From: Lingula anatina
Taxonomy: Eukaryota; Animalia; Brachiopoda
Length of the DNA: 64,000 nucleotides
Assembly: GCA_051362555.1 (NCBI GenBank)
Contig: CM120648.1
Coordinates: 15,930,587-15,994,586 of the forward strand
Reading direction: 5' to 3'
How positions within the stretch are numbered: the stretch's first letter is position 1; each line of letters begins with the position of its first letter. Under the pieces are notes generated by a model that was not told where the DNA came from, made no database searches, and saw nothing but the letters and a program-made list of their open reading frames with translations. Positions 1 to 11,224 of this stretch are shown here, piece after piece. The translations under genes were made by a program, and so were the position numbers.

Positions 1-590
1 ATTTTAAACGTTCCTTTATAAAATATGGATATCCAGTGATATAAATACAACACAATATCCCATATTTTCTAAACCTTGCCAACTTACCTTCTATCCGTAC
101 AGCAGTGTAGAAGTTTGTTCTGTGAAACACGTAGCCGGTGACTATATGCATAATCTATTGTGCTTGTTACAGAGATGCATTAGATAAGATGATCTTTTTT
201 AAAAAACAACTTGTCCCCATTTGCTCTGATGTGCGCGGGGATATATACAAATGCTTGTCAAGGGGAATCCCCTCATTCTACATAAAGTCTATAATTACAT
301 TACATTCTTGAGTACTGTAAGGTCTTGTACGTTTAGGGGGTCAAAGATGACGCATGTTTTTTTTTTTACCCTTAAATCTTTCACAGGAGGAACTGATCTG
401 CCGTATCGGAATAAGTGTAAGTTGACAAAAGTTATGAATACATAAGATATTGTTGTATCAATTGATATTGAAGATTTGTCACGATTCACCTGTGTAAGTG
501 TTGATATTTATGATGCATTTAAAGTAAGAACTAATGTCAAATATTTAACACTAAACTCAAAATAGTATCTCAAATAGTATAACTTAAATA

Positions 591-1893
591 CATGGTCACA
601 CTGGGGTTAATACAGAAAAGTTTTATTTCCATAACCAGTTGGTACCAGTAGCAACAAGCTACCTATACCTTGGTCTCCTTTTCACAAGATCCGGCTCGCT
701 AGCCCCTGCACAGCAAAATTTACATGACAGAGCACAAAAGGCCTTTTTCAGTCTCAAGCGCAATCTTCCTCTAGCTAGTACCATTCCCATCTCCTTAAAA
801 GAAAAGCTGATTTCCCCAGTTGCAACATATGGAGCAGAAATATGGGGGTTCACTCCATTTAATGATAAATCACCAATAGAAAAAATACATCTTCAGTTTT
901 GCAAGCAGCTTCTAGGGGTACATTCTAAGTCTTGGAATTATGCTGTCCGAGGAGAACTTGGGCGCCTACCAAGCTACACAAAAATCCAAATACAAGTTAT
1001 CAAATACTGGGTCAAAATTTTACACTTAGATGATGGTGTTCTACTAAAACGGGCATACTTAGATGAACTAAAACACTTTGATCTTTTGTCATATACTAAC
1101 CTTCACAACACACGCCATAGTATGTCATGGAGTGCAGGAGTAAAGAAAATTCTTGTAGAAAATGGGTTCGGAGACGTATGGGTCAAACAGAAAGTAGACA
1201 AAAACTTCATGAAAATTTTTAGTGTTAGACTTAGAGACAGTAGTATACAACTTTGGCATAGTAGGATATCACAAGAAAATCTCAAATTGAGAAGGTATAA
1301 AACCTTCAAACTTCATTTTGAGAAAGAAAAATATCTTGATATAATACAAGATAAAGAAAAACGTCAAACCCTAACCAAATTCAGAATCAGCAGCCGCAAT
1401 TTGCACACAGAAACAGGTCGCCACGTAAAGCGTAAGCCAACACCAGTCGAAGACAGAACATGCCAAATCTGCCACTCTGGAGTTATAGAGGATGAAGAGC
1501 ACTTTTTAATTACCTGCCCTCTGTATACAGAACACAGAAAAGAACTCTTTAAAATAATACAAAGCAGCCACACGTGCTTTGCACATTTAAACAACAAAGA
1601 TAAATTCCACTTTATAATGTGCAATCCAAACGAAACAGTGATAATTTCCTTGGCCAAATTCCTTAATCTTGCTTTTAACAAAAGAAACTGTGCTACATCC
1701 TCAACTTCCTGATGTCTATCAATTATTACTATAAATACGAATATTTAGTTCACATAGTAGAAACATTGGTGCATTTCTATACATGTATTTTGGTGCTATT
1801 TATCTATGTATTTTACTATTACATTATCATTATTATTGCTGCTATAACCTTATCTATGTACATTTTCACAAGCTCAGTCTGGTGCAGAAAGTA

Positions 1894-1950
<57 letters not shown>
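591..1950 (+). mobile_element. 5'-truncated non-LTR retrotransposon (RTEX-like), 3' end with (TA)n tail
   Basis: ORF 639-1712 has the RT thumb (YLYLG, YGAEIWG, VRGELGR), KFRISS..ETGR and a CxxC..HFLITCP zinc knuckle. It ends in (TA)n 1896-1951. The empty site is in the paralog at ~31000-31020 (gtataacttagataaatacctcag). Confidence 0.85.
639..1712 (+). CDS. C-terminal fragment of LINE ORF2 (RT thumb + CCHC zinc finger)
   Basis: 357-aa ORF with the motifs above; no RT core or endonuclease domain (5'-truncated). Confidence 0.75.
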   Translation: MVPVATSYLYLGLLFTRSGSLAPAQQNLHDRAQKAFFSLKRNLPLASTIPISLKEKLISPVATYGAEIWGFTPFNDKSPIEKIHLQFCKQLLGVHSKSWNYAVRGELGRLPSYTKIQIQVIKYWVKILHLDDGVLLKRAYLDELKHFDLLSYTNLHNTRHSMSWSAGVKKILVENGFGDVWVKQKVDKNFMKIFSVRLRDSSIQLWHSRISQENLKLRRYKTFKLHFEKEKYLDIIQDKEKRQTLTKFRISSRNLHTETGRHVKRKPTPVEDRTCQICHSGVIEDEEHFLITCPLYTEHRKELFKIIQSSHTCFAHLNNKDKFHFIMCNPNETVIISLAKFLNLAFNKRNCATSSTS

Positions 1951-1953
<3 letters not shown>

Positions 1954-3437
1954 GCAGATATTACATCATTTCCCGAGAATCCACATAAACTAGCTGTCAG
2001 TTCCAGCTTGCTGTGCTTTCTGAACTGGGGGGGGGGGGGGGGGGGATAAGTGCTTACTTCACAAGGCGAAGGAACCGAGGCTATTGTGTGTGGGATGTGG
2101 TAGGGATAAGAGAGGCTTACAGTGTAGCCTAACCCAGATTTCTTGTCCCCTCTTGAAATTAGAATTTTGCTTAGCTGAATCATGATTCTAAACCGCACCA
2201 AATGACACCGTTCCACCCTCCGAACCCCACACCAAGTGCGTGTGTGTGCAGATTTACAATTTACTTCCAAATTGCCTGTTATCTTAAATATATTGCTATG
2301 TGCTAAATCAAGCATTTATAGTGTAATCTAACTGGGTTATGTCTGTTATCACTATGATTTTACCCACAACTATAATGTGTGCGTTCGTTGCGTGTGTGTG
2401 TGTGTGGGGGGGGGGGGGGGCGAGAAAGAGAAGAAGCATGTTGTTTTTTAAAGCAATTTAAAATATGCCCGAGACTAGACAGAAGTTTTATTATTTGTTG
2501 AGGTAGCGTATCATCGGCTAAAGTCCCTAGCAGCTGACTAACATCGTCATCGATATTTAGAGCACATGCTTGCTCAGCAGTATAAGTTGAGTCAAAGGCT
2601 GTACACACCTTTGACTATTAAGACAGCATTCTTGTTGTGCTGACGCATAGATAAAATAGGAAGCTATTATTACCGACCTGATCCTACATTTTTTTCCTGC
2701 GTGATGCAATAAAAAAATAATAATAATAATATTTTCACACGGTGCGGAATTGAGAAAAGTAAGCCACATACAAGTCATAGGCAAATACAAATATAATAAA
2801 CATTAGAATAAGTTGCAGTTAAATAATTCCATGGAAAAACATATCACTCGTCAGTCGTTCACATTCTCCAGTAATTTTTTAAAGCCCAAGTCCAATTGTT
2901 AGTTAGCTCTGTCAAGGGATTTTATTCAACTTACAGATCCTAAGGGAATAAAGTTAATAATGATTTGAATTCCACATGGATCACTCAATTGTGACTGGTC
3001 TCTCTCTCTCTCTCTCTCTCTCTCCGATCCGCCATTCATGATCGACTGACCTATTTTGTATCTAATGTTTTTTAAGATACTCAGCAGGGCCGTAGCCTCC
3101 GGGGGGGGGGGGGGGGGGGGGGGGAGCAGCCCCCCTGGGATTTGAGGTGCAAAACAAATAATCGCAAAGGTAAAAAATAATTGCAAAGTTGGTATCAATT
3201 CTGTGAGAAAATGCACTCATGGCCACTAGACAATTATTCAACAATATGTTTACAAAGGTGTACTGTTTTTAGCCAACTCAGTTCATGCCAAAAAAGTCTA
3301 ATTGCCGTGTTGTGTTGAAAAAATGACTGTACTTAAGGCAACTGCTGGCTGTAACGGTGTAAATTTGTGATTAAATCATTTACCGGTTGGAGAAAGATGT
3401 GTTAGGTGAGATTACAAGATGTGACTGAAGCAATTAA

Positions 3438-4117
3438 GGATACTGTAAGAGTGTGCCAGAAATGTTGTATTTATTGTCTTATATACATTTTTTCGGGGAT
3501 AACAGATTAATCTTAAGTGTTCAGTAATTAATTTAATTAACATTTGCAAACAATGTCATCTTACGAGTGACGTCATAATCTCTATTTGAGTGTAAAAAAA
3601 CGGTTTCTTAAATGTCTCCTTTACTTGAGCACCCACGAACACCATTTTACCCCCAATGTAGTGACACAATTTAGTACTCCAAAATCCAGCCAGGGGTTTT
3701 TCCCAAATGCCTTTGTTCGGATTTTATCGTTGATAAAGAACGCATTTGGTTAATGAAAATATGTTGTTTGGGACTCATAGCCCCATAACAAAACGTATAT
3801 AAAAACGACGGCATGGGATTGAAGTTCATACGCTTTTTATCAAATATGCCAATGTTTGTGATAAAATCTTGCTCAGTGTTGAAGTTACGACTCATACTGA
3901 TCCCTATCTCACCCAAAAGTATTAGGGCGTTAATGTGACGATAAAAGGTTTACTTTACTCAAGATAGAAATGAGAAACATAAACGCCAATATTTAATGTT
4001 TTCAAGGAGATTTTTATTGTTTTAAATCACCATTAGGTTAGTTGAATAATTAAATAAATAAATGCAGGAAAGACCTCGTTTTCGTCATCTGGATGATAAG
4101 AAACCTTTACAGTATCC
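3438..4117. mobile_element. Non-autonomous TIR element at a TTAA-type site (Kolobok-like); paralog at 32694-33374, partial copy at ~11225-11485
   Basis: TTAA|GGATACTGTAAG ... TTTACAGTATCC|TT(T/A)A termini; the copy ending at 11485 is followed by TTAA. Confidence 0.6.
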
Positions 4118-4657
4118 TTTATGATAACGTTTATTTGCAATAAAAGGTAATTGATTTGTAGAATTATGTGAAATATAGTGCAGGATAGTGAGATATACAG
4201 CTAGACGCATGGTGAATACATACTGGGGCAATCTCTTCTCCCTGAGGAATGTTATTATTTTTTTCTTATAGTTTTTATTCTTCTTCTTCCGATAAGGAGG
4301 TTATGTTTTTGGTTCTGACAGTTTGTTTGTTTGTCTTCCCAGAGTTATGAACAAAGTCATGGAAGGGTTCTAATAAAATTTTCAGTATAGACCACAAATT
4401 GGCCAAGGAAGAAATTATTAAATTTTGGGGGTGATACGGATTATCATAGAAATGCGACCTTCATCGAAGCTATACAAGCTATACAAGAAGTAGCAATTTA
4501 ATTTAATTAATTTAGTTCAAGCTATACAAGCTATACAAGAAGTAGCAATTACCTCTTAATTAAACTATTTCAACTGTACACGTAGCAGACGACATTTGCA
4601 AGCTGTGACCTGACCTTCTGCACTTGTCAGAGGTCTGCACTCTTCGTTTATTCTTCA

Positions 4658-4705
<48 letters not shown>

Positions 4706-4815
4706 TAATACTAGAAGTAGTAGTAGTAGTAGAAGCAGTAGTAGTAGCAGTAGTTGTTGTTATTGTTGTTGCCTATTCCGTCTTATCAATTAATATCAAA
4801 TGTCTTTTCAGAACC

Positions 4816-4903
4816 ATGCATCTTATTTTTACCCTGTCACTGTGTCTCTCAATCGTGCTCATGACGTCAATAATATCTCTGCTGTCAACAGTGAACGTTA
4901 AGG
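4816..4903 (+). CDS. Putative first coding exon of IAP copy A, hydrophobic signal-peptide/anchor-like (MHLIFTLSLCLSIVLMTSIISLLSTVNVK)
   Basis: Acceptor tttcag at 4811, ATG 4816, phase-1 donor G|GTCAGT at 4904. Joins the phase-1 acceptor ttttag|5245 in frame with ATG 5262. Frame is preserved in the paralogs (3-nt indel only). Confidence 0.6.
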
Positions 4904-5261
4904 GTCAGTGTGAGATAATTTGCTTATAAACTGTATAAATCGTTGCATGTGCTCACGTACATGGATTAACAAATAATTAAGCTTAAAGCTATAGATGTTA
5001 AGAAGTGCTCTTCATTTAAAAATATGAAATATTCTGTTTATATCATGAAAGTTTTTAAGTGTCTGTTTGCTCAGAGTTTACCTTTCAACCTTTATTTCGC
5101 TGTAACTTTGAACTAACTAACTTTGAATGTAAAGAAATGGATTAATTTACCATTGGTTGGTATGGGAAGATCGTTGTTCATCCCAGGATAATCCCTTTAA
5201 ATAAATCTGTCTTAAACATTTTAAATGTTCATCTTATATTTTAGTTAATGTACAAGAGACC

Positions 5262-7115
5262 ATGCCCACCAGGAAATTGGAAACTGGAACCGAAGACAGA
5301 ACCTGTCTTTGTTGCCCATTTATAATATGGGTTGAAATTCCTGGCTACTTGCCGACTTCAACACGCACCAAATTGCTAAACATCGCTCAGCGCACTCACG
5401 GATTAGAAACTGAATTGGAGAACAGAGGGTATTCAGACGGCCGCGGGTTCCTAAGTACAAGTGAACACACTCTGGAGTTCGCGATAAGACTTGTGTTGTC
5501 TTTAACATGTTTCAGAAGTTTGAACATGCTGGTAGCAACACTCATAATATGTAAATCAACCCACGCGTCCTGTCTGTACAAAAGATGGATGAGCATACAG
5601 AAAGTTACCAGATTGTTTTTCAAAAACCTGCAAATCAACGGCGGCCACGAAACACCAGAATACCGATTTACATCGAAGGAAACTGAACAAATTCCTGTTA
5701 CTCCCACGAACCCGAAACACTTACCCAGACATTTCTTTGAACTACGAGAGAGATTCACATTCTTCTCGATTAAACAAGTGTTGCCTGGATACAAGATAGG
5801 TCGTCATCATACCGCCAAGGGCGAATCATCCGATGGTCAGGAAGGGGAATACCGTTTCGAAGCCAATCGCATCAAGAGTTTCAGGAATTGGCCTTCAGCA
5901 TCTCCAGCCTCGCCGCTCAAACTTGCGCGAGCTGGTTTATATTATACTGGAAAGGGTGATGAAGTAGTCTGCTTCAGTTGCGGAGGACATTTAAAACAGT
6001 GGCAAAAAGGCGACGATCCACAGGACAAACATCGCCGAAGCTTCCCAAGTTGCCGTCAAGCCAATGGCGATGATCCCAGGAATGTGCCGCTGTATGAAAG
6101 GAGCTTCGACGAAACTTTGGTAGACGGTATGACGGATCCATTTCCAAATCTCGCACGGGAGCAGAGGTCACGCGAGAATGCCGGCAGCAGCTCATCCTCG
6201 TATTACGGAAGGTTGGCATCTGCTTTGAGCGCCTCTGGGTTTGGTTCGCAAGTACGTACCAAGTATGATTAAGTAAAATCACCGACTAATAAAGTAATAG
6301 CTATAGTATTACCATAGAAAAAAAAACTGCACGAAATGAAAAGATGGTTTGGTTAGATATGTGCAAATAGTTTTGATGAAATACCTTATAGATTTTAGAT
6401 TATTTGATATAATATGATTTATTGAAATTAAAGACAAGTTTCCACTATTTCATAATAAACCATGTGGAGTTCGTCCAGTAACTTACCTTTATTTTATTTT
6501 TCTTTTAAATTTTATTCAATTTCGTTATCTGCCTCAGAGTCCTACAGGCCGTGCCGCCAGACTATATGACGTGGAGCCAAGGGAAATAAAAGCCAGAATG
6601 GACACGGAATTGGTACAGCTGGTTCTGGGACTTGGTTTCGAACGTCTGAGCGTTCAAAATGCCGTCGAACAGCGGTTAAAGACCACAGGCGACGATTTCC
6701 ACAGCGCAGAGAGTTTGGTCGAGGCTGTTCTTAATATCACCGAAAGCAGACGACAGAGGGTGTCCCGACTGGAGGTGCCTGTTACGTCACCCCCACGTGA
6801 TTTGCCACGTCAGCAGTCACAGATGCCAAATGCAAGTCCTGAAGTCAAAGCCAGCGACCGTACTGGTATGGACATGTTCAAATATTTTATCGTTTGCTGG
6901 TGTCTTTCAGAATAGCATTATTTAAGCACAGTACCTTATTCATTGTTTCATAAAGTGTCAAGTTTGATGCGAAGTAGACATTATAATTATTTTCACCAAA
7001 AATATATATTTATCCTGTTTAAATAATTCAGGTGAATCTAGTGGGAAAAAGGCTTTGTCTCCATCGTCGGTTCCTCTTGATCCAGATGACGGTCAGTTAA
7101 CATTTCACATTGTTT

Positions 7116-7158
<43 letters not shown>

Positions 7159-7584
7159 TTTTGTTTGTTTGTTAATTATGGTCGGCATTTTTTATACTAC
7201 CGCTTCTTTTAGTATTTAGTGTGACTGCTGATCTCGTTATTATAAGTTGACTTTCACAAAGCCCTTTACGAAGGTTCAGCGCTTGTAATTAATTTTTCTA
7301 TTCAAAATGTATACAAGAAAAAAGGAAATGCACTCCATTGATCGGCGTGTTCACCAATTACAGTAATAGTGTGGCCTCTTTATTTTCTAGCTTCTAAAAT
7401 TCTGAAAGAAGAAAACCTTCGCCTGAAAGAGCAGAGAAGGTGTAAGATCTGCATGGACGAGGACGCTAATATTGTATTTCTGCCGTGCGGCCATCTTGTC
7501 TCCTGTGCCCAATGCGCCCCTGCTCTGCGGACATGCCCCATCTGCAGGTCTTGCATCCGGGGAACCGTGAGAACCTACAACTAG
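5262..7584 (+). CDS. IAP: Inhibitor of apoptosis (BIRC family) copy A: BIR-UBA-like-RING; exons (5245)5262-6251, 6538-6865, 7032-7091, 7391-7584
   Basis: BIR: [35 protein letters not shown]...FPSC. UBA-like: [27 protein letters not shown]: [35 protein letters not shown] introns in phases 0/1/1 give an open 523-aa frame from ATG 5262 (558 aa with the upstream exon). Confidence 0.93.
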
Positions 7585-7607
7585 TGTGACGCCATCCCGA
7601 GAACTTG

Positions 7608-7862
7608 GGCTGCGTTCACACGAAAAATCTATTTTCTAAAAATCTAAAAATCTATTTGCGGTATCTAGTGATCACGGTCTGTGCCCTGAATACCCCACGG
7701 CGTAATTACGGGCAGCGCGAGCCAGTTACTTCCAAAGCTGTAATGAATTCTCGGCGCTGCCAGTAATTACGCCGCGGGGTATTCAGGGCACAGACCGTGA
7801 TCACGAGATACCGCAAATAGATTTTTAGATTTAGAAAATAGATTTTTCGTGTGAACGCAGCC
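7608..7862. mobile_element. PIF/Harbinger-type palindromic MITE
   Basis: TIR GGCTGCGTTCACACG...CGTGTGAACGCAGCC with ~110-bp arms. 3-bp TSD TTG (7605-07, 7863-65). Empty site gaacttg|gtta at ~38160-38170. Confidence 0.88.
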
Positions 7863-7874
7863 TTGGTCAACAAA

Positions 7875-8163
7875 GACGGCATTCACATCAGATGATCCTT
7901 GGGTCTACTGATCTGCAGATCAAATGCGGCGTACCTACGTGAAAGAAGAGGCTTCTAATCCACTAATGGTCTTCCCGCCTTCACCCGTGCCGTCCTTACA
8001 GGGGTGTTGCTTTTACACCTCGAGCGGAGTCGTGATTTAATCCAGTGGCGTGCGCGGAGGCAGGAGACCATCAGTGAATAAGATGGCTCTTCTTTCATGT
8101 AGGGTACGCCATATTTAATCCTCGGATCAGTAGATCCAAGTGTCATCTGTTGTTAATGCCCTC
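7875..8163. mobile_element. Imperfect palindromic MITE
   Basis: ggcattcacatcagatgatccttgggtctactgatc... pairs with ...gatcagtagatccaagtgtcatctgttgttaatgcc over ~105 bp; absent from paralog B. Confidence 0.7.
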
Positions 8164-8942
8164 AAAGGCTACTACTGTATCCAGCTAAGTGCATTTCACA
8201 AATACTCATAACTTTGAGGAACCTTACCAAAATAACTAGGACAATTAATTTATAACAGCTAACGTTAACTACTCGAGGCCTTTTCGATCTTAAATAAGTG
8301 TAAATCGACATTAGAATGAGGCAAAGCATTAATAAAATTTGTTTTCCACTTCATTTGAAAATTTGATCTTGATGAATAATTTATTCAACACTGAAACTGA
8401 GTTTAGACAATTCTGGCAGTTGGCAGTCTGATTTTTAGTCTATGTTCTAAGAATGTAGTCTTTTAAGTTATTTAAAAATAGAAGACAGGTGGCCTTTACG
8501 AGCGTTTGTGAAAGGCGACTTACAAGATACTTTAGATACCTAAAAAAAGTAAGGGGAAAACGATTAAGATTTTCTGTCCCAGACTTGGGTCTGGGATGGT
8601 TTTTATATAAGAGCTTTAGCCAGAAAATTTGCCGCAAATTTTAAACCCAAATTTTGTCTGTTTTGATTCATAGTAAACCAATAGTAGCTCAATTAAATAA
8701 ATAAACTGTTAGTCTGCAACATTGGCGATATATGTTTTTGTTTTAAAAGAAGCATAGTCGTTCTGTAATTGGACTACTATTGAAAAACGTTGTGTCAAAG
8801 CAAACTTCACTATATTCTAAACTCTAAGGAAAATTAAGTTGGCTAAACATCCTCTGTGATCAGGTCCGGTGTAACCAAACTTAGGGTCTATGTTACAGTA
8901 AAGTCCGCGATCCATTTAGTTGTAATAGTTAGGGCCAGCCTG

Positions 8943-9089
8943 GGCCCCGTATCTTGAAAGCATCGCGTATTGCGATTAGCGATATTACATAGAGGCCACA
9001 GTGTATTATATGGGGCGAGTATGAGCGAGTTATGGAATCGAGACGCTTGCGCAAGGTCGCAATGCGCGATGCTTTCGAGATACGGGGCC
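8943..9089. mobile_element. Small MITE with CTG target duplication (Harbinger-like)
   Basis: TIR GGCCCCGTATCTTGAAAGCATCGCG / CGCGATGCTTTCGAGATACGGGGCC, flanked by CTG on both sides. Confidence 0.75.
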
Positions 9090-9945
9090 CTGATCTACAA
9101 GTAGCTCAAAGGCGAGGCTTACCTGTACAAATGAATGGGAAGCGAACTCTCTGTTTTGGGGGACTCTCTGTCACGTTAGACTAACCTACATATCGGAAAC
9201 GTACGTCGTATCTAGACGGCAAATGTTGAATTCTGAAAGAAATAGCGTTTCGCTTCTTGTTCATTATTTATCTATACTAGGGACACTCCGTATCATCATA
9301 TTGTATTTATTATAGCTAGGTGGGGCATCTATGGGCACGCTTTTTTAGACTATGTGCAGGAAAAAAAACGCGTCTAGCATGCAATTATTAAGTCGGAGAG
9401 CTATTTTGGTTTTAAACAACATACTGGCATCCGTGAGCATAGACTGTTTTACTATACTAACATTTTATGACGACCTTCTACTTTAGTAACAATGTAAACG
9501 TAAGACCTGTAATGTCTTATTTAGGTACAATTGAGATTCAAATATAAGGTCAGTTCTAGCTATGTAAGTTGTAACTGGTGCCATTTTCTCTTGACAAAGT
9601 AGATCTTTTCATATTAATTGTTATCATTTTATATATAATTTATTAATATACTTATTATATTATCATTATATTTCATAATCAATAAACATACAATTATGCA
9701 TCTGTCTATCAGCACATGTGAATTACACCTATTTTTATGGTAGTACAAACATTAATAAAATCTAAAATGGCACTTTCGCCCAGAAACCACTGACGTCAGC
9801 TGTAAAATTAGCACCTTTTTTAAAGACAGATACCGTTAGTGTAATGTATTGTAATGTCACTGAATATTATAAGACAAATGTACAGTATTATAACAAGTGT
9901 TGAATAAAACCTGGCTTTGGCTCACATAGTAATGGTATATAAGTT

Positions 9946-10524
9946 TTACGCATGGTCCGAAGAACCATTCATAATATCCATTAAGCGTGCTACACTACTC
10001 GCCAGAGTTATATCTGTGTGTCGCTTGAGTCTTTCTAACTGGATTTCTCTCACGCGCAATTTCCGTCGACTTGGATCTGCTCCATCCACTTGTCGATTCA
10101 CTTCCATCTTTAAATTACTCATGGAAAAGCCGCCATTGCAAAGTCGCATTTGGCGGCGTCTAATTTTATGCAGTTGTTCGCCCGGTCGCTTGAACTCTGG
10201 TTGTCCGCACTGCCTTTGATAAATGTTTTCCATTTTATACTCAGTTTTTAGGAGGCCTTTATACGCCTCTATCTTTTATATGGTTCTCCGTATGCTGCCG
10301 ATAGTTCTATCCGTCACCGTTTCCTCATATTGCCGATGCTTTTCTATAAACTGGGTCGTTGCTTGGCATTTGGGGGCCTCTATGTCATTGAGTTTCTGCG
10401 CACGCCTCCTCGTGGCCAGAGTAACATCAAGCATGGCGCTGTTGTTGGACCTCCAGTTGGCATGGTTACTGGCTTTGAACGTGCCTTTGGATTGCGACAT
10501 GGCGCCTAGTGAAGTGAGGTTCAT
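9946..10524 (-). pseudogene. Orphan 192-aa gene copy A with a premature stop
   Basis: Collinear with intact 41815-42393. GAA(E) to TAA at 10276-10278 splits it into the 82-aa and 95-aa ORFs, in the same frame. Confidence 0.8.
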
Positions 10525-11224
10525 CGCTGTTTGTCCTAGCTGTTTTGTTTGTAAAATAAAAAGAACGGTATGCCGTCCTCGAACTGTGTTTTCTATTCAC
10601 ACTCTGAAATTGTTGATTATTTAAACTGTGTTAGAATGACTCAACGATCAATGCCGTTTGTAATAACTTCCTTCTGGCAGTGGCATTGTGTATACTGGCC
10701 TACCCTTGAATTGATTATTGAAAGTAAATTTTGATTGAATTATCACAAACGTTTTAACGAATTGTTTCATATAACTGCTCTTATTGTCTAGACGACCCAA
10801 TGCGCAAAAAACATCATCTACCTTTTGACTTTTGCTTTTACTTAATTTATAATCTTTATTGTCCTCCAGTTCACTCTTGCTTCATCGTGTGTATGCTATT
10901 TTTGTCATAACTCATTGAGTGTGTGCATCCGGGGCTGGAAACGGCTGTGACTCCTGCTGTGGTGAAATCTGCGGCTTACTCAATGAACAAACCTGAGATG
11001 AATATAAGCTCCTCCTTCTGTTGGTTGTCGGTAAGTGATGAATGGAAATAACTATAGGTAAATAAACCCAGGAAATTGGTGTCTGGCCTTGCGTCTGTTT
11101 TCCAATAACCAAAACCGTCACTAGCCAGTTGTGTCCCTGATCTTAGTATATGCCTTGACAACATTATTAAACTGAAAAAAAAACATCTGATCCTCTCATA
11201 CACTTGTGGTCAACTATACTAATT

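Larger units (their letters stand above)
1..11190 (+). repeat. Segmental/tandem duplication unit A (IAP + orphan gene cassette), paralogous to ~30405-43063
   Basis: Collinear similarity over coding and non-coding blocks: 1-590 vs 30405-31010, 1950-3070 vs 31017-32530, 3340-7607 vs 32560-38167, 9920-11190 vs 41790-43063. Differences are mainly TE insertions. Confidence 0.92.

Noticed and set aside
3671-3916. 81/79-aa ORF conserved at 32928-33167
   Set aside because: Lies inside a duplicated MITE; conservation reflects recent duplication, and there is no ATG start or domain.
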